Below, piece by piece: positions 48,753 to 60,759 of a stretch of 64,000 nt of DNA. Every line of letters starts with the position of its first letter. Position 1 is the first letter of the stretch. Source of the stretch: Glaucostegus cemiculus (Eukaryota); assembly GCA_976551045.1 (NCBI GenBank), contig CDPCPM010000259.1, forward strand, positions 4,712,001 through 4,776,000. Reading direction: 5' to 3'. The notes beneath the pieces are model-generated. The model had not been told where the DNA came from. It saw only the letters and a list, made by a program, of their open reading frames with translations, and searched no databases. The translations under genes were made by a program, and so were the position numbers.

Positions 48753-50387
48753 GATCCTGGTAAACTTCTTCTGTACCTTTTCCAAAGCCTCAACATCCTT
48801 CCCGTAATGTGGCGACCAGAATTGCACCCGTTTCTCCAAATGTTCACTGGTCTCTGGATTACCAATAACACAACCATTATTTCACCATTCCCCTAGGAGG
48901 AGCAAGAGAGGAGGATTCAGCATGATGACAACCATAGCTGTGTTGATTCACATGAAAAGTGAAGAAGGTTTATTAGTCAAGAAACGTTTGTATTATGGCA
49001 GGCCAGAGATACATTAATAAAATTATAATTTTTACCTTGATGAGGCATACCAGTAAAATACTTTTAATAAGTAAATTAATCCTCACATTTATAATAAATG
49101 TCTCTGATTCATCATCTAAAAGCCTAACAAAGAAGAATAATGGATGTATATCCAGCTGCAAGATTTATATTTCACTGTAGTTTCTTGTCACATCTGGAAA
49201 GTTAAACTGGATTGGCCGTCCATAAAGTATTTATTATACATTTTTTTCTATATTTTGTAATGCTGGGGCATTGTTGAGTTTGGTGGGTTGGTGTCAGGAA
49301 AGAGAGCAGGCCACTGAGGAAGATGAAAAATCTCCTGTTATTCTGCCCCAACAATTTTTTTGAGACATTCACCTCAAGACTAATAAGTTTGGCATGATAT
49401 TGAACATTTTTATTTCCCATTGTACACGATTCCCAAATTGGTCCTTATTTAAGTTGAACTGTGGTTGACTTCTGTGCTGTATGCAGAGGAGAGAAATGTA
49501 GAGATTGTATTGGAAGGGATTTTTCTTCTCATTTGTTTTTGATTGGATTTAAACCTGGAATCCAGAGGTAAAAGGACAGTGTGTTCATCCACAAAATACT
49601 GGCATCCTTACAACATTTGGTTTGAGAAAACAGAAGAGGAGTCATTTCCAACTTTCTTGAAACAAGTGGGCTGATAATTGCAATCTTATCACTAACATGT
49701 TACAACATGACTGTTTCCCATCAGCTTAGGCGTAAAACATTTAATAAATTTGTTACCTTGCTATGCACACACTGGAAGGCATTAGGGCAGAAACAAACAT
49801 TTATTTTATGGCCCTGATTTTACAAGGAATGAAATGGGAATTGGCTCCAGTTTTAGTGGCAAGTGAAGTGCTCGTTCCTAACAATAGTCAGAATCAGAAT
49901 CAGAATCAGTTTTATTGTCACAACCATATACATACATAGTATGCATAGGAGCGAGATACCGTCCTCCTCAGGTGCTCATCCCAACAGATACACACAGACA
50001 CACTTAACAGAATAAACATTAAAAAACATTAAACATTAAAAACTACGGAAGTTAAAATTAAATTAATACGCAGATTAAGTTAAAAATGGCCGGTAAATAA
50101 ATAAATAGTTATTAAAGTGAACGGGCTGGTGGCGGGCATTTAAAATGCTGGTGCATTTCTGTGCACCTAGCATCTCTTAGTGCCATCTGAATAATATTTT
50201 GGATATGGTTTGAACTGGTATGGAGATCAAATGATTGAAAATAATTCTTAATTGGTACAATATATTTTTTGTCTTCAACTTGGGCTCAACGTTTCGATTG
50301 GTAACAATTATAAATAGAATCAGAAGGGGAGCCTGAGTCTGCTGCACCATTCAATAAGACCATGGTTAAAGCTCACATCCCCTTCTC

Positions 50388-51018
50388 GGGGACTCTCTTG
50401 GTGGCACCAGATGGAGTAGGTCGTATCTTGGCACTGCTCCACTCACCTTTTAATTTCTTGTGCACCACCCTTTAATAACTTTTATAAGACTTTTATAAGA
50501 CTGATTTGGATTTTTAATTGCCGGAAATGAACACCAGAGCTAAAGCTGCAGCTGATAGCAAGGGGAATGGAGACCCTAAACTTACTTTGGAAGCTATTTC
50601 TAAACTAGATAAAAAGCTTGACCAGAGATTTTCCACTTTGGAAACATTGTTAAAGGAGATTGAAGACAGACAAACAACACTCATACAGGAGAATGCTCAA
50701 CAACAGCAATTAATTGCTGAACTGGATGAAGCTGGCAAAGAGAGAGATCGTAGGTAGACTGAGTTTACTGGAAAAAGATTTAACTGCGACCATCCAGAGA
50801 CTGGAACAGCAAAGACAGAGGATTATTGATTTAGAAAGCCACAGTCGGAGAAACAATCTGAGGATTATTGACTTTCCTGAAAACGCTGAAGCTGGTATTC
50901 CTGTTGAATTCTTTCCTAAACTTCTGTTGGGTGTGTTTGGCTCTGAAGTTTTTCTGAACGTACTATACTTGATTGTGCTCATCGAGCGTTAAGACCAAAA
51001 CCCCTGGCAGAGCAAAAA
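50388..51018 (+). mobile_element. L1 5' fragment (5'UTR plus ORF1 N-terminal half) with a 15-bp TSD
   Basis: Coiled coil, then DLESHSRRNNLRII..PE...FF..LL and AHRALRPKP (L1 ORF1p RRM); starts GGGG; TSD tcacat(c/t)cccttctc at 50373-50387 and 51019-51033. Confidence 0.85.
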
Positions 51019-52004
51019 TCACATTCCCTTCTCCATCCCATTTCCCAATATCATCTGTTTCCCTTAATGTCCAAATATCTATTGATATTAGACTTGAATA
51101 CACTCAATGACCGAGCATCCATTGGTGTATGCGGAAGAGAATTCCAAAGATTTACAATCCTAAAATAATTTCTACTGATCTTGGTCCTAATTGCTCATTC
51201 TGAGGCCATCTTCTCTCAATTCTCGACTCTCCAACCCGAGGAAGCAGAGTTCCCTTTGCAAGACAATTACTTCAGAGTACCCAGCAACAAGTTATGTGGG
51301 TGCATCTTTGCAATGTTAATCACTAGCTCAAAGAAAGTGTCCATTTCCTCCCTTCAGTTTGCAGTGGAAACCAATTAAATGATTGGAATTGAGTCACTTT
51401 AGCTGGTGTCCATTATCCACCACAAGTGAGGCCGGACCTATTGAGATTGGAAGGCTGGGTGGAGGAATTTGCCTGACTTGCCGATTGTCATCCTTTGGAA
51501 GACTCCAGGTCTTTCTGTGCACTTGGCAGTCACTGGGTCATTAGTTCTTGTGACCCCATGACCTTGGCAACTATCTGACTCACATTCTGTGCTCCTTTAA
51601 CCATGGAATGGAAATAACGCTCCCTCAATAGGTGAATAAAAAGTTGGAACATCCCGAATGTCTGACACTGTGGAGTCTTTCTTCGGAAGATCCCAGAGAC
51701 CTGGTGAAGAGAGGAAGTAAACAACTTTCACAAACGGTGATGATTTTCCTTCTCTCATTCTCTTGCAGTGTACAAGCGATTAGCTGTGACTGCTGAGAAA
51801 GTTCTTTTCCACAAATGGGAAGTCTATCTTCTTCTTTCAGGTTGCTCTGCATCCCAGAAAGTTCAAGGAGTTGGACACAAGGTGGTGTGATTTTGGGGGA
51901 CAGCAGCATTGCTGGAGGTGCCATCCTGCAAATGAGACACAGGGGAGTGGCCAATGTCGTCCTTTTTTTGAGCTAATCTGTGGAACTGCAAGCCAATTAG
52001 CTTA

Positions 52005-52243
52005 AAAAGAACTTAGCTGGTCAAGCAGCATCTGTGGAGGCAAAACAGATGCGTTGACGTTTCAGGTCGAGGTTGAGAAAGACTTAGTTTCCCCTTCCCC
52101 TCCTCTCACCCTATTCCTGATGCAGGGTCTCAACCTAAAATACTGAATATCCCTTTACCTCCACAGACACTGCCTGACCAGCTCAGCTCCTCCAGTAGTC
52201 TAATGTTTGGTCCAGATTCCAGCACCTGCGGTCTCTTGTGTCC
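52005..52243. mobile_element. Fold-back Penelope-derived element with a degenerate hammerhead (+, 52112-52149)
   Basis: Inverted agctggtca.gcagcatctgtggagg / cctccacagacactgcctgaccagct; tattc-CTGATGC-agggtctcaacct-aaaa-tact-gaata. Confidence 0.7.
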
Positions 52244-52599
52244 CTTCCTTAACATCTATTGTAAGGAAACGATTAAAGTCTTTTAATGTCACATAGCTGA
52301 TAAAAAAAAGCCAGGACTTCCTTCTGGATGTTCCTGTGGAAACTTGCTTCCAACGCTGGCATCAACTGGAGTTGGTGCCAGCATCTTCCAATCCAACCCC
52401 TGTGGCTGTCCCTGTGCTCACTGGACACCAACCGGGCGGTGGGCTTTTCCACTGTCTTCCCAGTTCTTTGATCTGGTTCTCCACTGCAAATGCAATGTAA
52501 AATGATTTGGTTGGAGGCTGGGGGTGGGGGAGGGGGGAATGGTACCTAATAGATGAGAACAAAGTAACAGTAAAATTAATTTATCAAAATATAAGTGGA

Positions 52600-53105
52600 A
52601 TTTGTGAAGAACAATTGATGTTGGGGAACAGGCTGCAGAGGGGCAAATGGAACTTAATGTCGGTCTATTGCGAGGTGATACATTTGTTTAAGAAGGGTGT
52701 AATTATGTTCTGAATGTGGATGTGGAGAGATGGTGTTGGAGCGAGTTGTGAGTTCAGGTTTACAGGACATTAAAGGCAGCACCTCTGGTTGATAAAGTTG
52801 TCAAGAGGCTAATGTAAATCCTAGGTTTTGACATAAGAAGCACAGAATATAAAAACCTGCGGTAAATTATGAGCCTGTATAAAACTGTAATAAGATCTTT
52901 TGGAGTACCGTATGCACCATATTATAGGAATGTTATTTAGGCTTTAGGGAGGGTATCTCATCGATTCACTGCAAAATAGTTTGGAAGGAGGAAATAGAGA
53001 TGCAATTGAAGGTATGAAATATTGGATATTTTTCATTAAAGCAACAGATTAAGGGCAGAATGATGGAAGAGTCTAAAATAATGTGATAGGACAGGGTAGA
53101 TAAGA
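52600..53105 (+). mobile_element. Highly degenerate CR1 fragment
   Basis: QMELNVGLLRGDTF / CEVIHL, LYKTV, HYRNVI remnants. Confidence 0.55.
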
Positions 53106-54149
53106 GTGGAGTTTCAGTCACATCTTTACAAAGCAATTTTTAAAATCTTTATCACAGTATATAAAATGAATGATGTAGAGCCTTTCACATCCAAAATACT
53201 TTACAGCCAGTGAATAGTTTCTGAGGTATTCTTTGTAGGAAACACGGCAGCCTCATTGAGCGCAGCAAGCTCCCACAAACAACAGCAAGATGAATGACCA
53301 CCTAATTGCGTCATAAATTTCAGTGAATCACTGAGTGTTGTTTTGGTTGAGGAATAGGCATTGCCTAGGACAGTGGTTAAAAATCCCCCACCCTTCTTCA
53401 AATGGTTCCATGGGACCACCATAAACACTAGAACAAGAGGACAGTTTCCTTGGTTGCTGTTATCTCATCTGGGATTTGTTGAAGGACTTCTGATGCATTT
53501 AAGATATCTTCTTCAATACACATACTGTCTTATGACACCGGATTTTCATTCATCTGCTGTAAAAGAATGTGGTTTAATTGTAAGCCTGCAGGTTTGTAGA
53601 TATCAGTCAAATCCTTTTAGCTATGCTACCACAACATATGCTTATAATTAGAAATGTTCTTCATTTGCACCAAAATAGTTTGTACAATAATTAGCATTTA
53701 AAATGGAATCTATGTGATTTTAATGTCCATTTATTTATTCTCTGTTACAATGTGGTAGAAGACTGTCTTTGTTATGGATTATTACGGGTAACATGTGTGG
53801 TTTGGTAATTACAGAAGTAAGTGGTTGCATTTCCTAGCCTGTTGTACTATTTCTACAGCACCTGAAGTTGTGCAGACAAGAACAACTAACTTAAGGAACT
53901 CTGTCAAATGTTTATGATTTCCCCACCTGAAGATCATGCTTGCTGCTAAATTGCACAATCCAAATATATGTCCAATTTGCTTCATTTTCCATTTGCCAGG
54001 CTTTTTAACTTCACTGCTGAGTCCCCTCTTGTTCTCAGTCAAAATCTACATGCTCCCAGGAAGAACTACTGGATAAGGATAAAGGGGAAAGACCTTTGTC
54101 TCCTCACATCCTGAGCAGAAAGTAATCAAATCTGGCACCTTCTGGTCAG

Positions 54150-54640
54150 GAGGCACAAGAGACTGCAGATGCTGGATTCTGGAGCAACAAACAATCTGCT
54201 GGAGGAACTCAGCGGGTCAGGCAACATCTGTGCAGGGAAATGGGCAGTTGACATTTCGGGTCAAGACCCTTCATATGGACTGAAAGAGTAGAGGGGAGTA
54301 GCCGGTATAAAGAGATGAGGGGAAGGGGTGAACAAGAGCTGGCAGGTGATAGGTGGATCCAGGTGAGGAGGGAAGAGTGACAGAGGCTGGAAGGTGATAG
54401 GTGGAGGCAACAAAGAGCTGCAGATGATGGAATCTGATTGGAGAGGAAAGTGGAACATGGAACTGAGGGAGGGAGGTGGGGAGGGCAGATGGGAACAGTA
54501 GGGGGATGGGACCTAGTGGGAGAGCTTGTGGGTGATGGGCAGATGGAGTGGGTGGAGGAGGGGAAAGAAACAAAGTGACGAGGGGCTGGGGTGTGTGTAG
54601 GAAGAACTGGGTAGATCAGGTGGAAAGGGAAAAGGGACAC
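54150..54640 (-). mobile_element. Penelope-like 3' UTR and terminus
   Basis: Collinear with 4460-5010; hammerhead relic at 54245-54282. Confidence 0.8.
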
Positions 54641-55169
54641 TTGGCACATTAGGCAGTATGATCGTGACACATGCAAATGTTTTACTTCAGCAGTTTAGAA
54701 GAATGGATGTGCTGCATGGGTCACGGAGTGGCAACACTAACTTCGTTCTTGTCCAGTGGTGACGTGGATAGTGCATTCCAAATCTGTGCCTTGAATCACA
54801 ATGTTCTACACTGGATAATGGCAAAGAACATGGCTACAGGTGTCTGTGTCCATGTATTGGGTGAGGACAGAGTAACTCTGAGTGAGTTGTGAGGGTGGGT
54901 CGCTTGGGAAGAGCTTTCAGTTCCATGTTTCTCACTCCTCATCACCATCCAAGGACTCCTGAAATGGTGTTGTGGTCGGACCCAAATCTCGAAGGGTCTC
55001 CCAACTCTCCTGCCTTGTGTTATCTAGCGCAGCTTTCAAATGCCTCACATCTTTGACTGTACATCTGGGCAGGTCCCCTAACTTGCCTTTCGTTCCTCTT
55101 TCATGGTGTTCTTCAACTGTGAAGCACTTCGACATGTGTCACATTGAATGTGCCATGTAAATGCAAGGT

Positions 55170-55525
55170 TAGAGTCATACAGCAAGGAGACTGGCCCTTC
55201 AGCCCACCAAGATCACACCAACTCCTTAGCATCCACTTATGCTAATTCTGCACTAGTCCAGTGTATTCTCCCTACATTCCCCTCAACTTTATCCCAAATT
55301 GTACCACTCATTTACACACTAGGAGCAATCTACAATGGTCAGTTAATCTACCAACCTGCATATCTTAGGGATTCTAGAAGGAAACTGGAGTCCCTGGGAA
55401 AACCCAAACAGTCACAGAGAGAATGTGCAAACTCCACACTGACAGCACCTAAGGTTAAGATCCAACCACAGTCAATGGAACTGTGGGGCAGCAGCACTAC
55501 CTACTGGGCTACAGTGCTGCCCCCA
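55170..55525 (-). mobile_element. V-SINE (HE1-like)
   Basis: gagaatgtgcaaactccacactgacagc core, reverse of the 43615 copy. Confidence 0.75.
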
Positions 55526-56603
55526 CTGTGCCACCCTAATATTTGCCACATTAGTTGAGTGTCTTACTAGTATTCCCCGGAAAGGCTTACAACATTATAA
55601 CTACTTGGAACGGAGCAGAGACATAACATGAGGGAGATATTGTTATTTCTATAGAGGTACAATGACCTGTGAGTAATAATGGATGCAATCCTTTATAGTA
55701 AGTCTTGTTCCATTAAACAACGGACAATGTGGTCTTCCTTGTGGAATGGAATTTGGTTCTAATGGAAGAGGTAGCAGACAGGCTCAGCAGTTTAGAACTC
55801 TAATGTTAGTTAGCGGCAGGGTGTCTGCCCTCCACTACCTGAGGAAGTGTCGCTTTCACATGCATATTTGTGGCGAGCTTTAAGTGGAGAACAAGCCTTC
55901 CCCATGGAGACGGAAGAATCAAAGAACCAGTCACTCACCCTGATTGGTAACTCAGTTGTGTTGTGTGTGTGAGCCCATTGGACAGCCAACTGCTTGGAAA
56001 TAATGGGAAGGAAAAATAAATTCCATGTGTTCCCACTAATAATCTCTTGTGTTTCTATCGAAAAGGGAAGACTTGCTTCTGTATTTGCCTTTCATTTTCT
56101 CATAGGTCATCCCAAAATGATTTCAAGTATTATAATGTTGCAAATTCTTGCACATGTGATGGTTTAATGACCAGATAATTTGAGGAATGCATTTGGCCAG
56201 AATCCCGGGAGACCTCCCCCACAAACTTTCACATCCATTTGAGAGCAGACTGGGTCTTGGTTTAATGTCTCATCCGGTAGCCAGCACCTCCAACAGTGCA
56301 GAGCTCCCGCGACCTGGATTCTGCCAATTCCTTGGACTTAAACCAACAAAAACCTTCTGTCCTGCTGACTCACAGCTAACAATCCTCCATTATTTCCCGG
56401 GCACACCTCCTAATGGTGAATGCAGAAGCAGCAACTGACTGCAAGCTTTTTCTTTTTTTGGGCGTCAACTGCCCTGATAGTAGCACCCTCAGGAGACTCT
56501 GGACCTACTCCAGAGATTTGGGCATAAAATCTAGACTGCCACTGCAGTATTGAGAGAGTGCTGCACCGTTGAAGATGCCATCTTTCAGATTAGATGTTTA
56601 ACT

Positions 56604-56942
56604 CCCTTTGCCTCTCCCCTCTTTTCTCCTTGTCCACCTCCATCTATCACCCACCTGCCGCGGTCTTCCCACCCCAAACCCCCTCCCCTCCCTGGCACCA
56701 CCTACCTGTTATGTCACACCTCTCCTCAGTCTGCCAATCACCTCAGACTCCTGTCGCACCACTCCCCCTCTCCTCTTCCTACCGGCCACCTCCCCTCTCC
56801 ACTCTCAGTCCTGATGCAGGGTTTCCACCTGAAACGTCGACAATTCCCTCTCCCACCCCCACAGACGCTGCTCGACCCGCTGAGTCCCTCCAGCAGATTG
56901 TTTGTTGCTCCGGATTCCAGCATCTGCAGTCTCTTGACCTTC
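56604..56942 (+). mobile_element. Penelope-like 3' UTR and terminus with a 13-bp TSD
   Basis: TSD tagatgtt(t/a)aact at 56591-56603 and 56943-56955. Confidence 0.82.
56806..56841 (+). ncRNA. Hammerhead-like motif (CUGAUGC variant), sense to the samd11 pre-mRNA
   Basis: cagtc-CTGATGC-a-gggtttccacct-GAAACGTC-gac; palindromic ACGT stem III and GUC site intact. Confidence 0.6.
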
Positions 56943-57249
56943 TAGATGTTAAACTTGGTGCCTCACTTTCTCGGTCAGGTAGACCTAAAAGATCCCATGG
57001 TGACTTTCCGAAAATTTGTGAGCCAGTATTTTGATCCCTCAGCCAACATTACAAGCACATTATCTAGTGGTTATCACTGGCAGTTTGTACACATACTCTC
57101 TATATGGGAGGCTGGTGATAACACTGAGAAAGGGGTTCATTGCCTGTGAAGGGTTATGGGATACCCAGAGGTTGGGAAGGGCGCTACAGAAATGCAATAC
57201 TTCCTATCCTGCCTCTGTTGAGCCTTGAGTGGGAGGGGGGGGAGGGGAA

Positions 57250-59410
57250 ACCAACCGCTAGTAATGGCTGAAGGGGAAATCGGCAACACTCAGGGGCGGG
57301 GAATTGAAGCTGTGGACCAGCACAATGAGGAACGGAGTGTCCATCAAATCTTCCCTTCCAACGCTCGGAGAAATGTCCCTTTAAATTAGGACAGCCTCGC
57401 CGCGGGTTAACCGTGAACTGGCAGCGCTGCAACTTGATCAGTAAAGCAAGTAAAAGAAGTTATCAAGGGGAGGGGGAAGAAGTGAGACTACACAAGCATC
57501 TCCAGCTATGGTAAGTGAATATACTGTGTACAACAGTGCTGACGTGTCCTCTCCATGCGTTCAACCCTCAACTGGTCACATGATTTAGTTTTTTTTTGGG
57601 GAGGGGGGTGTCAAAAATAATGCAAATAAAAAGTATGGTGCAATTTACAATGTAGTTTTTGGCAGCTTTCACGGCCCGTGGGCGTACGGGGGCAGAAAGT
57701 TTCCATTATTTAGATCAAAGAAAGAGAAGTTGCATTCTGGAAGTGGAAATAAGTTTGAGCGGCGGCATCGACCCAGGATGTTGCAGACCCCGGAGGAGGG
57801 TTTTGCTGCTTAATTAATTAATAACATTTGTCCTGGTGCAACCGTGCTCGGAAGGTTCGCCAATGTAGCTCCAGAGCCAAAGTGAGGAATGCAATATTTT
57901 TTCCTCAAAAATAAACTTTATTCATAATATATACAAAAGAATAAACGCGGCGCAAATATCTTTTACATTCTTGGTGTCATTTGGTTAATGCATTTAGTAT
58001 TGGCTCATCTTTTGTTTTACATAGCACCATGGTCACTCGTAAATTAGATTAAAAAATAAACGTTATTCGTAATAAAAATATATAAAGGAATAAACACGGT
58101 GCAAAGGTCTTTACATCCTCTGCGTCATTTGGTCAGTACATTTAGTGTTAGCACATGCTTTCTGCATAGTACCATTGCCTCTTCTGTAAAGACCCATTCT
58201 GTAAGCTGCATCCGATTTTAAAAGTAGTGCGCGGGACTGTAAGAATGCGGTAACAGAAAAGGCATCAGAAGCGAGTTGGTAATGTGTGTTGAATGACTGC
58301 CCTGACACCGAGGGCGACCGGTCTCCCCTCCTTGACCAACCTGTTCTGACCTCCGTCCTTGTCTCGCACTGAGAACTCGCTCTACATTCCTCTCCTGACT
58401 CCTTTGGCCTCTTTTATTCTTTCCCCTCCTCCTTTGTTTTGAATCCACAAACTCGGAGCGAAGCTGCCGCTGTTCCCCCCGCCCTCCCACTCGCTCTGTC
58501 TTCGCCTGGGTCCCACCTGTCTGGCACCGCGCCGCCACCCACTCCCTGTGCTCGCTCCCCGGACTGACTCATCCGGCCCCAGTATCAGTCTCTCTGTCTC
58601 TCTCTCCCTCCCTCCCGGGGAAACACGTTCAGCTCATTTCTCTTTCTCACGGAAACCACTTTCTAGACGATAGAGGCAAGAAACCAGTGTCCCTCCTCCC
58701 CCCAAAAACAAACACAGCTCTTTGATGTTTAAATTTTGATTTAAAATTTGTATTGGGCACTTTTATACAATATTTACATCTGAAAAAGACATGCTTCCAC
58801 ATACCGTTAGTATACCTCGAAGCCAACAGAGAACGTTTTAAAATTCGCTGGGGAAAGAGTTTATGCTACTTAATATTGCATATAAATTAAAAATCGAATT
58901 GAAACCGGACTTTCCCTCTGTAAAGAATTACCCCGTTATAATTTAGGGAGAAAACTGCCAGTGAGTTTAATCTGTGCTCCCTAGGGTAGAACTGGAAAGA
59001 CTATAAACAAATCTCAAGATCTGTCCCCGCATGACAAGCAAAACTGAATAGGTTTCAAAAGGGAAATTCTGTGTCTGGTGTTAGTTACATTTCTCCTTCG
59101 TGTGTGTGTAGATATATAGATATTAAAAAAAACAGTTCTCGTTTTTAGATTTCTAATTGCGAGGTGGTAATTTTTTCCCTGCGTGGGGTTTCGTGTGGCG
59201 AAGTGTTGCCGGAAACAGGGTCCACCCTCGCCCGGCACGGTGTGCGTCATTCGGTGTAAGGGGGCGGACAGTAGCCTGGGACCCGCAGTCCTTTGGAAAT
59301 GACTTAAGTCTCTTCCATCGCCCCCTCTTCTGCCTTGCGTTTGCTTACCACAATAAGAGCACCCCACAACCAACGCAGAGTCGATTTTGTTGTAATTTCA
59401 AACGTTGATG
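57250..59410. promoter_or_regulatory. Intronic CpG-rich region, candidate internal promoter
   Basis: GC box ggggcgggg ~57292, tttaaat ~57380, ATG|gtaagt at 57508-57516, CpG enrichment. Confidence 0.45.
57907..58180. repeat. Diverged tandem duplication, ~145-bp period
   Basis: aaaaataaac.ttattc.taa...gaataaac.cgg.gcaaa...gtcatttggt...catttagt...catag.accat occurs twice. Confidence 0.8.
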
Positions 59411-60294
59411 GAACATTTATTTCAACACCCTGAACTTTAGATCAACAGACTTGTGTCTTGTGGTGTTAATGGTTGCAAAAGCTTTATGCCTTCCCCTGAA
59501 GGCACTGACTGCAAATGAGATTATGGCCCCTGAGGATTCCAGTAGCCTTATTCTCCCAACCTGAGCCAAACCTGTTTGTTGACATTACAGCCCCTGCTTT
59601 GACTTGACGTTCATTTTCCAGAGGGGATCATTGGATAGCCCTCAGGGATAGGAGCCACACCTGGCTCCCCCCTCCCCCTCACCCACTGCTGCCAGTGCCA
59701 GTTGTAGCTCTTCCCTCCCTGGTTTAGAGCAACAAAGTTGGCAGAGCACAGGATTTGGCACTGAGTATTTCCAGTTCTTCCTGGACTGCACAAATGGGGA
59801 GTTTATTTTTCCTTAGAGGCATTAGACACAAGAGATTCTGCAGATGCTGGAATCACCAGCCTGAAGGATTTTGCTTTAAAGTTTATACTTGGCGGGGGGG
59901 GGGGAATGGTCTTGTTGCATGTGGCACAATTAATTTTTCCAGTGACTGTACTACAAAAGAACCTCTGGCTTTAACGCATGTGGGACATGGAGAAAGATGC
60001 AGAGTTAATTCAAATTCTTTCTTCCTTGCATAGTTCCCCTCTAAACAAGACAGGCTGTCTGTGCAGAAAACAAAAATTGATTTATAGCACAGAGATTATT
60101 TCATTTCTGCCACTGTAGATACAGCTACACCACCCTATTGCTGCAGGGAGACTGGTATTTAGGTAGCACCAGCCCTGACAGGATGGCCCAGGGCATTTTA
60201 GTCATTGATGTTCTTTTGGAGTGTGGCCATTGTTGTAGTGTTGGAATGCATCAGTCAATTTGTGCACAGCAAGTTCCCATTGAAACTAATAGAG

Positions 60295-60708
60295 TAATTA
60301 GCTATAAGAAGAGGTTGCACAGACTTGGATTGTGTTCTTTGGAGCGTCGAAGGCTGATGAGCAACTTGATAGAAGTTTATAAAATCATGAGAGGTGCAGA
60401 TAGTGTTTCTTTCCCCCCCCCCCCCCCTCAGGGTAGGGATGTCATAGCTTTAAGGTGAGAGGGAGGGGAAAGTTTAAAGGAGATTTGCAAAGTAAGTTTT
60501 TACACAGAGATTGTAGGTGCCTGGAACTGACTGCCAGGGTGGTGCTGGAATCAAATCAGATACAATAGCAAAGTTAAAGAGGCACTTAGTGGGACAGGGA
60601 ATGGAGGGATAGAAACCTTGTGCAGGATGATGGCATTAGTTTGGCTTGGCATCATGGTTGGCACAGACATCGTGGGCCTGTTCCTGTGCTGTACTGTTCT
60701 ATGTTCTA
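60295..60708 (+). mobile_element. CR1 3' fragment
   Basis: SYKKRLHRLGLCSLERRRLMSNLIEVYKIMRG; tail ctgttctatgttcta. Confidence 0.85.
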
Positions 60709-60759
60709 ATAACCAGAACATACTTGTAGTAAGGCAGCTTCATGAATAATAGTCACTCA

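Larger units (their letters stand above)
47551..48842 (-). mobile_element. Host CR1 3' fragment containing a nested SINE and a nested CR1
   Basis: Host is continuous across 47773/48000 and 48200/48753 (aatccaggtaac|atcctggtaaa). Confidence 0.8.
56475..57200 (+). mobile_element. Deu-domain SINE interrupted by a Penelope-derived insert
   Basis: ctccagagatttgggcataaaatctagactg...gtgctgcac...atctttcagat | insert | aaaagatcccatgg...aaggggcgctacagaaatgcaa. Confidence 0.65.

Noticed and set aside
51530-51960. Minus-strand ORFs of 64-109 aa
   Set aside because: No motif I can assign; left unannotated.
58305-58340. cac cga ggg cga ccg (HRGRP) as SAMD11 exon 3 (NRGRL...)
   Set aside because: No AG acceptor or pyrimidine tract, and downstream residues do not match; exon 3 was not found in the window.
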